A DNA stretch of 64,000 nt from an uncultured Clostridia bacterium (lineage in GTDB: Bacteria > Bacillota > Clostridia > TANB77 > CAG-465). Position 1 is the first letter of the stretch. Each line of letters begins with the position of its first letter. Of this stretch, positions 1-6,927 are shown piece by piece. Location of the stretch: contig CANQPW010000002.1 in the NCBI GenBank assembly GCA_947625855.1, forward strand, positions 3,472-67,471. The letters are read 5' to 3'. A program made the translations under genes and the position numbers. The notes under the pieces were generated by a model that saw only the letters and a program-made list of their open reading frames with translations, did no database searches and was not told the DNA's origin.

Positions 1-331
1 CTTCATAATTACTTTTTTTCTTTTTTCTAGTATTTTGTCTAATTTTATTAGGATTAAAATACAAAATATTTTTATTAAGTATTATACCATTTTTATAATA
101 TATTTCTGCAATAACAGATATTAGTTCTTCATAAAATGTATAATTAGAGTCATTTCTAATAACAATATTATAATTTTCAAATTCAATATTACAATCATAT
201 TGTTTTATTACTTTATGATATCTTATAATATTTCTTAATACTTTTTTGTTTTTACTCAATCCAATTGTATTGTCTAATTTACTTAAAATTTCTTCATTTT
301 CTTTATCTAGTAAATCTTCATTTAATTCCAT
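1..331 (-). CDS. Partial CDS (first 110 codons, runs off the window edge): AAA+ SpoVK/CbbX-like N-terminal region with an ablated P-loop
   Basis: ATG at 329-331 (minus) lies 7 nt after AAGGGAG, and the frame is open to position 1. MELNEDLLDK...IGLSKNKKVLRNIIRYHKVIKQ...NIVIRNDSNYTFYEELISVIAEIYYKNGII follows the SpoVK-type pattern, but the Walker A slot (GnPGTGKT) reads RNDSNYTF. It is not in the ORF track because it is truncated. Confidence 0.4.
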   Translation of the reverse strand, partial: MELNEDLLDKENEEILSKLDNTIGLSKNKKVLRNIIRYHKVIKQYDCNIEFENYNIVIRNDSNYTFYEELISVIAEIYYKNGIILNKNILYFNPNKIRQNTRKKKKSNYE

Positions 332-462
332 AATAAAACTCCCTTCTTAATACATAATCTATTATATAATATTAATAGGAGATAGAAAAGATTGGTGGTC
401 ACATATTGCATTGCTAAAGTTTGGTATTTATAGTAATAAAATATATTATATAAGTAGTTTTT

Positions 463-1506
463 TTAATCCTCATTATTATTTAATTTCATTGTTGAAATAT
501 TTTCATCACTAAAACCTAATAGTTTTAAAGTATCCTCTTCATAATAATAAAATTTAGGTTTTTCGAAATCCATTTTAAAATATTCATAAGTATTTATAAA
601 TACTTCAAGATTTTCAATTTTACCTTTTAAGTAATTACTAACTAATTTTAATATACGATTATTTTCTTCTAATATTTCATCATAATATTCAAAACAATCA
701 TAATCCCATATAGTTCCATAAGATAGTTCTGCATTATTTTTAGGTAAATAATAGCACATTCCTGCCATAGATATTTCTCCTAAGTTTCTCATATTAGAAT
801 TTTGTATAGCTTTTTTGTCCCAAATAGTTAAATCATCTAGTACAAATATTGGATTTTCTATGTATTTTAACATCATCTCATTTATTAAAATATCACCTTT
901 TTTAAAAGGAACTGGTAAATTAATAAATAGTTCTCCAATATCACATAAATCATTATGATTTTTTTTAATTTTCGTTAGTTTAATTTGTTGGTTTATAACT
1001 ACATAATCTGCGGAAATTTCCTCATCATTATATAGATATTTTTTTGTAATAGTAAAAAAGTCTATTTCATTATCTTCTTTTATTAAACATTCTACTTTTG
1101 TAAAAACATCTTTATATGTATTATTTGAATATTCTATTACTTTATTTAAAAAGCTATAATGTTTACTATATGTTTCCAATATATATACACAATTTTCTTC
1201 AAATTTTATCATATCACTATATATACATCTTACTCTATCTATCTCATTTTGAATCATTGCTTTTACGCTATAATAATGCTTACAATTAATTCCTTCTCTA
1301 ACTTCCATATCTTGATAATTATATATTAAATCTTGATATTTTTTAATTTTTTCTTCTAAATCCATCTTTTTATTTCTATATACTAAAACTGCAAGTTCCT
1401 CTGTATTAAATTGATATTTTATCTTTCTACAATAATTACTTATTGCTTTTGAATTAATTAAATCGTAGTCATCTAACTTTTTTTTGCTATTTAAACTTTT
1501 ATCCAT
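463..1506 (-). CDS. Hypothetical protein (347 aa), last gene of the FtsZ-like/DnaJ-C/DnaB-C operon
   Basis: Long ORF, co-directional, 43 nt downstream of the DnaB-C-like gene. I recognise no family motif. Confidence 0.6.
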   Translation of the reverse strand: MDKSLNSKKKLDDYDLINSKAISNYCRKIKYQFNTEELAVLVYRNKKMDLEEKIKKYQDLIYNYQDMEVREGINCKHYYSVKAMIQNEIDRVRCIYSDMIKFEENCVYILETYSKHYSFLNKVIEYSNNTYKDVFTKVECLIKEDNEIDFFTITKKYLYNDEEISADYVVINQQIKLTKIKKNHNDLCDIGELFINLPVPFKKGDILINEMMLKYIENPIFVLDDLTIWDKKAIQNSNMRNLGEISMAGMCYYLPKNNAELSYGTIWDYDCFEYYDEILEENNRILKLVSNYLKGKIENLEVFINTYEYFKMDFEKPKFYYYEEDTLKLLGFSDENISTMKLNNNED

Positions 1507-1549
1507 AGTTTTTTATTCCTTTCTTATTATAATAATAAAAATTTTTACT

Positions 1550-2305
1550 CTATAAATCACAAAATCTTAAATGCTCTGGAATCCATTTAAGTTCAATACT
1601 TTCAGATATATTTTCTCTACTTTTAGCTATTATAATATCTGCAATATTTTTTCTTTTTGTTGATTTGTCAAAACAATCTTCTCTATGCAATAGTAAAATA
1701 ATATCTGTATATTTTTCATAATCTATATTATTAGAAGTTAAGTCTTCTAGTGTAGGAATATGATTTTTTCCATGATATACTTTTTTATATGATATATACG
1801 AAGTTACTAAAATTGGAATATTTAGCTCTTGTGCAAGATTTTTCAAGTTGCTTAAAATGCTATTTGTTTCTGCAATTTTACTTTCACCATAACTTATTAA
1901 CTCCAAATAATCAATTATAACGCAAGCTATGTCTTTTTCTTTTTTCATATTTTTAGATTTCTTACAAATTTCTTTTATAGATATTCCAGGTGTATCATCA
2001 ATATATATACTTTCTTTATCTATTTTTTCGTTGATTTTTTTAACTTTAAGTAAGTCAAAATCTTTTAAATCTAAAATATCAGGAGCTTCCATTTCTCCAG
2101 TGATACTAGCAATTTTAGATAATATACTTTCTTTTGAACATTCCAAGCTAAAAAATAGAGCTGACTTTTTATCATTTATAGCAATATTATTCAGTACATT
2201 TAACACAAAACTTGTTTTTCCAACAGAGGCTGTCCCAGCTAATAAAACCAAATCTCCCTGTTTTATTTTTACCATCTCATCTATTTTTTTAAATCCTGTT
2301 TTCAT
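1550..2305 (-). CDS. DnaB C-terminal (RecA-fold) domain-only ATPase, no N-terminal helicase domain
   Basis: KTGFKKIDEM (TGF..lD), Walker A AGTASVGKTS, FSLECS, DDTPGISI and Walker B CVIIDYLELI are collinear with DnaB_C. The SQLSR and RESGxIEQDAD motifs are not conserved (SYISYKK; LTSNNIDYEKYTD). Only 251 aa. Confidence 0.7.
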   Translation of the reverse strand: MKTGFKKIDEMVKIKQGDLVLLAGTASVGKTSFVLNVLNNIAINDKKSALFFSLECSKESILSKIASITGEMEAPDILDLKDFDLLKVKKINEKIDKESIYIDDTPGISIKEICKKSKNMKKEKDIACVIIDYLELISYGESKIAETNSILSNLKNLAQELNIPILVTSYISYKKVYHGKNHIPTLEDLTSNNIDYEKYTDIILLLHREDCFDKSTKRKNIADIIIAKSRENISESIELKWIPEHLRFCDL

Positions 2306-2333
2306 TCTTTATCACTCCTTTCAATAAATACAT

Positions 2334-2678
2334 TTATTTTATAATAATTTCTACAATCAAATTTCCTTCTTCACTATTTTTCCTTGTAGTACTACCAGAG
2401 TTTCTAATAATTATTCTATTGCCACTTTTTACTTTAGGTGGTATTTTTACTGTAATTTCATTACACACTTTGATTTCGGTATTAGAGTTTTCATCATACT
2501 TAATATATTTATACCTGATTTTTTTATTGCATCCATTCAAAGCTTCTTTTTCAGTTATTATACATTTGATATAAATATTATTTTGGTTGCCAAGTAGTTC
2601 CTTTGTACTTTTTTCCTTTATGTTCTTGCCTACAATTTCTTCTAAATCAATATTATCAAACATATTTAAAAACCTCAT
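2334..2678 (-). CDS. DnaJ C-terminal (substrate-binding beta-sandwich) domain-like protein, no J domain and no Zn finger
   Basis: CIITEKEALNGCNKKIRY...ITVKIPPKVKSGNRIIIRNSGS...EEGNLIVEIIIK matches the DnaJ/CbpA CTD pattern l..EA..G..k.i...v.IP.G...G..ir..g.G....GdL.v.i. The same pattern occurs in the CbpA-like gene at 42878-43822. Confidence 0.5.
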   Translation of the reverse strand: MRFLNMFDNIDLEEIVGKNIKEKSTKELLGNQNNIYIKCIITEKEALNGCNKKIRYKYIKYDENSNTEIKVCNEITVKIPPKVKSGNRIIIRNSGSTTRKNSEEGNLIVEIIIK

Positions 2679-2687
2679 CCTTGTAAC

Positions 2688-3266
2688 CTAAATATTTTTA
2701 TCTAATACTTCTTTTATCTTTTTAGCTGCCTCTTTATCTGAAAGTTTAAATGCATTCATTATACTTCTTGAATAACTAAAAGCTTTTTGCAATATTTCTT
2801 CATTTTTTATAACGATTAATTCATCCACACTATTTTGTATTTTTTCGATACAGTTTTTTGCGACATTCATTCGCTTTTTTCCTTCAAATAGAGAAGGGAA
2901 GGTGACAATTGCAATAGTTTTTATTTTTAGCTTATTAGTCAATTTGGCAATTTCTTCAATTTCACCTGTGCCAGTTCCACCACCCAATCCTGCTACTAAT
3001 ATGACTAAGCTTACATCTTCAACTACTTTTTCTATTTCATCTTTACTTATTTCTACAGCTTTTTTTCCCATTTCGGGATTTCCAGAACAGTCTAAACCAT
3101 TTGTAATATTATCTCCTATTAACATTTTCGTGCTACAATTAGAAAAATTAATATCATCTTTATCAGGACTAATAACAAATGTATTTATATCCTCGTAATT
3201 TTCTATATAATTATTAACTATACTAACTCCAGCACCACCTAATGCGATTATTTTAAAATCAACCAT
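2688..3266 (-). CDS. FtsZ-like N-terminal GTPase domain-only protein (192 aa)
   Basis: Collinear with the FtsZ N-domain: IIALGGAGVSIVN (T1), GLDCSGNPEMGKKA (T3), VAGLGGGTGTG (T4 tubulin signature), VTFPSLFEGKKR (T5), ELIVIKNEEIL (T6). It ends inside helix H7, so there is no T7 NxDxxD loop and no C-terminal domain. Start placed at ATG 3266, 7 nt after AAAGGAGA; the track start at 3293 lacks an RBS. Confidence 0.8.
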   Translation of the reverse strand: MVDFKIIALGGAGVSIVNNYIENYEDINTFVISPDKDDINFSNCSTKMLIGDNITNGLDCSGNPEMGKKAVEISKDEIEKVVEDVSLVILVAGLGGGTGTGEIEEIAKLTNKLKIKTIAIVTFPSLFEGKKRMNVAKNCIEKIQNSVDELIVIKNEEILQKAFSYSRSIMNAFKLSDKEAAKKIKEVLDKNI

Positions 3267-3303
3267 TTTTTCATCTCCTTTTTTATATAACATTTCTATA
3301 TTT

Positions 3304-3332
3304 ATTATAATAATTAAATTTCAATATTTCAA
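3304..3332 (-). promoter_or_regulatory. Sigma-A-type promoter of the FtsZ-like operon
   Basis: Minus strand reads TTGAAA, a 17-nt spacer, then TATAAT, about 40 nt upstream of the ATG at 3266. Confidence 0.5.
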
Positions 3333-3360
3333 AGTATTTGGTCATATAATGTATAGCCAT

Positions 3361-3394
3361 AAAAAAATAACTAATACATAAACAATATTAGTTA
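3361..3394 (-). terminator. Rho-independent terminator ending the PD-(D/E)xK/WYL/222-aa unit
   Basis: Minus strand reads TAACTAATA, loop, TATTAGTTA, followed by TTTTTTT, just after the stop at 3417. Confidence 0.6.
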
Positions 3395-3416
3395 CTTTTA
3401 TACAACATAAAAAATT

Positions 3417-4085
3417 TTAACATCTCCAATTTGCAAATGGATATTTATATGATTTACGTTCATCACTGTTTTCAGATACTCTTTTATTATATTCTTGTAG
3501 AAGTAAAGTCTCTAATTTACCTGCCTTCTCATATGCTTTATCACCATTTACATATATCCAAAAAATATATAAATCTTTTCTTTTTTTTTCGTCTATTTGC
3601 CATATAGCTCTTCCACCTTTATGGTTTTGAGCATTTCCAACTCCATATTTCATATATAGGCCTAACCTATTATATAAATCTGAATTTTTTTCTCCACCAG
3701 CTTTACCAATATATAATATTTTTTTCAAATACTCATCTAAATCATTTAAAGTTTTTAATTTTCTTTCCAATTTATCTATACCATATTCATTTCCTATCAT
3801 AAATTGAAATTTAGAATAATTATTCTCATCTTTATAAATATTCTCTATTTCATCTACTACTATATTATCATCTCCAGCATTTATTATAAAATATACCCCA
3901 AATTTTTCACTTTTTTCTTTAAATTTTTCATTAAACTTATTAATTTTAAAAGTATATTTATCTTTTTCTTTTACAATAATATCTGTTAGTTTACATACAT
4001 TTGATTCACCAAGCTCTATATTATTATCTTTTGCATTTTTTTCTATAAACCCTTTTATATTTTCCATAATTTCTTCATGTATCAT
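3417..4085 (-). CDS. Hypothetical protein, possible divergent GIY-YIG-like nuclease
   Basis: FGVYFII ... ILYIGKAGGEKNSDLYNRLGLY ... GGRAIWQ ... KLETLLLQEY resembles GIY / YIG / R / E elements, but about 60 aa separate GVY from YIG. Weak call. Confidence 0.3.
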   Translation of the reverse strand: MIHEEIMENIKGFIEKNAKDNNIELGESNVCKLTDIIVKEKDKYTFKINKFNEKFKEKSEKFGVYFIINAGDDNIVVDEIENIYKDENNYSKFQFMIGNEYGIDKLERKLKTLNDLDEYLKKILYIGKAGGEKNSDLYNRLGLYMKYGVGNAQNHKGGRAIWQIDEKKRKDLYIFWIYVNGDKAYEKAGKLETLLLQEYNKRVSENSDERKSYKYPFANWRC

Positions 4086-4100
4086 TTTAACATTCCCCTT

Positions 4101-5090
4101 TTATTTATATTTTTCATAAGCATTTTTTATTATATCTTTCATTTCTTCTCTTAAATTATCTGGTTTTATAATCGTTAACATATCAAGATTTCTCATAGCC
4201 CATAGTTTAAAACCTATTGGATTAGCATTCAAACTCATTTGAAATGTATCAGAATTTACTGGCTTAATTTTTACTTTTTTGCCAAATCTTTCAATAACTT
4301 CACCTAACAAACACTCATCACATCTTGCTTCTATTTGGACTTCATTTCCACTAAATATTTCAACTGCTGTGTCTGTATATTCTTCAATTTCCTTTTCTGT
4401 TTTGTGTATAGCAATCTTTTGACTTGTTTCTTGTAAATTTTTGATTCTATCTAACCTATAATGAAAAAACTCGTTATTTCCATCTTTAATAGCAAGCATA
4501 TAAAACTGCTGTTTATCATAAATAATAGCATAAGGAGATACTGTTGGTATGCTTACAATTTTCTTATCTATTCTGTCTCCATTTATATAATACTTCCAAT
4601 ATTCAAATCTAATTTTATTTTTATTTAAGATACTATTACTTATATCTTCAATATTTTTTATAACTTCAACATTATTAGTTCTTCCTTTAGGAGAATATAC
4701 TCTATAATTTTTTACCTTTTCATTTTCATATATATTTTGAAGATTTTTACACTTTTTTATTATACCTTTTGCAATTCTTTCTTCTATAAATGTTGAATAA
4801 CTAAATGTATCTATTATTGCTCTGATTTCACCAGGCTCAAAGTCTGTTTCTGGATCATTAGTAATATAATAACCTATTTTATTGTCATTGTATGTACTAA
4901 TATCATAACCAAACTTTTCCTTCAGCAAATTGATATTTCTTCTTATAGTTCTTGGATCAATATCTTCTCCATATACTTCATTTATCTTTTCTTTTAATTC
5001 TGATATAGATAATTTATGTTCTTCATCACTATATTTTTTTAATACATTTAATATGTATAATATATTTCCATTCTTTTCGTATAAATCCAT
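4101..5090 (-). CDS. HTH + WYL + WCX-type transcriptional regulator (BrxR/CapW-like architecture)
   Basis: N-terminal wHTH (ILYILNVLKKYSDEEHKLSISELKEKI...DPRTIRRNINLL). Central WYL region (VSPYAIIYDKQQFYMLA...FFHYRLDRIKNL). C-terminal extension. Confidence 0.8.
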   Translation of the reverse strand: MDLYEKNGNILYILNVLKKYSDEEHKLSISELKEKINEVYGEDIDPRTIRRNINLLKEKFGYDISTYNDNKIGYYITNDPETDFEPGEIRAIIDTFSYSTFIEERIAKGIIKKCKNLQNIYENEKVKNYRVYSPKGRTNNVEVIKNIEDISNSILNKNKIRFEYWKYYINGDRIDKKIVSIPTVSPYAIIYDKQQFYMLAIKDGNNEFFHYRLDRIKNLQETSQKIAIHKTEKEIEEYTDTAVEIFSGNEVQIEARCDECLLGEVIERFGKKVKIKPVNSDTFQMSLNANPIGFKLWAMRNLDMLTIIKPDNLREEMKDIIKNAYEKYK

Positions 5091-5117
5091 ATTACCTCTC
5101 CTATATATTCTTTTAAA

Positions 5118-6590
5118 TTAATTATTTTTTTCACTTTTTATTTCTGCATCTAAAATATTTGAGTCCTCTCTACTTTTTATTACTATTGTATTATTTTCTA
5201 ATTTTCCCTTTATTATCTCTATTATTCCTTTTATAACGTCAAAAGATTTTTCTTCTTCAGCTGGTATATTTATAGTAAAAATATTAATTTCAGGTTGTGT
5301 TTTTGTACTTCCATCACCTGATGGGTTTATTTTATATTTTATATTATTTAAAATTATATTTTCATCTTCAAACAATTTTACAACTTCATTATATATATTT
5401 GTTTGATCAAATTTTTTTGCATAATACTTATTATACAATTTATATACATATTTATTTTCTTTATCATAATATGATATTGGATGATTATCATTTCTTACCT
5501 CAAACTTTTTACCATTTTCTTGTTTGAAATTTTTATTTGATTGTAAATTTTCATACTCTTCTTTATCACTTATCGGTTCCTCTTTTTTTGAAATTCTTAA
5601 CATTATTGTATAATCATTTTTTTTATTATAATATTCTTTTTCATAAAAATTTATTTTTATAAAGGCATAGTTGTTGAACAAATCTGACTTAATTTTTAAA
5701 TTTATTGGTATATTACACCACCATGTTGGTTTATTTCCAGAAGTTGATTTTCCAAAATATACTCGCTTACCACTTGGTACTGATATTTTAATTTTTTTCC
5801 AATCATCTTCTTTTTTCTTTTCTTTTTTTACTCCTATATATTCTTTTTCTACTTCTTCGTCAGAATATCCTTTTTCTTTTAAAAATTCGGTTTCTATTTC
5901 TTTAAAAAAGGAAAAAAATATAATATCCTTTTTTCTTTCTTTATAATCAATAACACTATTTACTATCTTTTTACTTGCACATTCTTCGATAGCCTTTATA
6001 TACTCTAAATAGTCTTTAAAATATTCTTGATTTATATCTTGCTCATATTTTTGTAATAATTCATATATTCCATATATTTTATCATCATCAGCAGATTGTC
6101 TTTTTCTTACATATATACAATCAACTTTTTTTAGATTTATTCCGCACTCATCATAAGGTTTATAATAACAAGTTAATATATCATCTAATTTATCCTTTTC
6201 TATTATATCTTCCTTTTCTATATCATTTTTAAAATTATCTGTAATGCTATCTTTATACCTATCAATTTGTGAATCATGTTCTAATGATTGTACTTTATCC
6301 TCAATTATAATAACCAAATATTTATCTGTTTTTTTGTTATGTATAGATACTAATACATCAATATGATAATATTGTACATCGCACTTTATCTCTATATTAT
6401 CTTCATCACTATCTAAAAACTTAACCCATTCTTCTTTTTCTTTTATAATATTTCGTACAAATTCTTTTGCTAAATTCTTTATATCATTATTTTCCTTATT
6501 TCTTGGAATATTTATCCAATTTACTAACCAAGCTAAAAAAGCATCTTGAGATAGTTCTTTTGTAGCAAATTTAAAAATATTATTTTCCAT
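5118..6590 (-). CDS. PD-(D/E)xK nuclease-superfamily protein with an uncharacterised 250-aa C-terminal region
   Basis: N-terminus FKFATKELSQDAFLAWLVNW, then HIDVLV...YLVIIIEDKVQSLEHDSQIDRY (D...ExK plus Q..RY), typical of stand-alone PDDEXK families. Confidence 0.6.
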   Translation of the reverse strand: MENNIFKFATKELSQDAFLAWLVNWINIPRNKENNDIKNLAKEFVRNIIKEKEEWVKFLDSDEDNIEIKCDVQYYHIDVLVSIHNKKTDKYLVIIIEDKVQSLEHDSQIDRYKDSITDNFKNDIEKEDIIEKDKLDDILTCYYKPYDECGINLKKVDCIYVRKRQSADDDKIYGIYELLQKYEQDINQEYFKDYLEYIKAIEECASKKIVNSVIDYKERKKDIIFFSFFKEIETEFLKEKGYSDEEVEKEYIGVKKEKKKEDDWKKIKISVPSGKRVYFGKSTSGNKPTWWCNIPINLKIKSDLFNNYAFIKINFYEKEYYNKKNDYTIMLRISKKEEPISDKEEYENLQSNKNFKQENGKKFEVRNDNHPISYYDKENKYVYKLYNKYYAKKFDQTNIYNEVVKLFEDENIILNNIKYKINPSGDGSTKTQPEINIFTINIPAEEEKSFDVIKGIIEIIKGKLENNTIVIKSREDSNILDAEIKSEKNN

Positions 6591-6818
6591 TTTCTACTTT
6601 TCCTCCTATTCTTTTTATTTTTCAATACTTTAACCATAGCTAAAATATTTAAAACTTATTTCAAATACTTTTTTAATATTATATCATATTTTTATTTATT
6701 TCAACATTATTGGTCATAAGATGTACTGTTTTATATGATAATAGGATAACTTTTACATTAAAAAAGATTACTAATATCTAATATGTAATTTATATATAAT
6801 AAAAATATAAAAAATTTG

Positions 6819-6925
6819 CAAAAATGTGATAAAATATCAAAAATGTGATGCAAAAATGTGATATATTTTATAATTTTTATTGTAAAAGTGTGATTTGCGT
6901 GATATAATATAGATAAGGGTGATAT
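6819..6925 (+). promoter_or_regulatory. Operator-like direct-repeat array overlapping the promoter of the DUF4143 ATPase gene
   Basis: CAAAAATGTGAT occurs three times exactly (6819-6830, 6838-6849, 6851-6862). Degenerate copies follow: AAAAGTGTGAT (6884-6894), GCGTGAT (6898-6904) and GGGTGAT (6917-6923). TTGTAA-17-TATAAT (6880-6909) has GTGAT copies in its spacer. Confidence 0.6.
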
Positions 6926-6927
6926 TT

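Noticed and set aside
1929-2327. 132-aa plus-strand ORF in the track
   Set aside because: It lies entirely antisense to the DnaB_C-like gene. The product is low-complexity and Ser/Phe/Ile-rich, as is typical of the shadow frame of an AT-rich gene, and there is no RBS.
2902-3198. 98-aa plus-strand ORF
   Set aside because: It is an antisense shadow of the FtsZ-like gene, which has strong family signatures on the other strand.
1-6590. Prophage or plasmid-partition interpretation of the FtsZ-like/DnaB-like region (TubZ/PhuZ-type segregation plus replicative helicase)
   Set aside because: No capsid, tail, terminase, integrase, Rep or centromere-binding genes are visible in the readable part. The FtsZ-like protein is closest to true FtsZ rather than to the TubZ/PhuZ layout, and it lacks the polymerisation half. 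The window edge prevents full exclusion, so this is kept as an alternative under finding 1.
6819-6925. Possible CRISPR array or tandem mobile-element repeat
   Set aside because: The repeat units are only 11-12 nt with 1-7 nt 'spacers'. They sit on a promoter, and no cas genes are present. The arrangement fits operator sites, not CRISPR.
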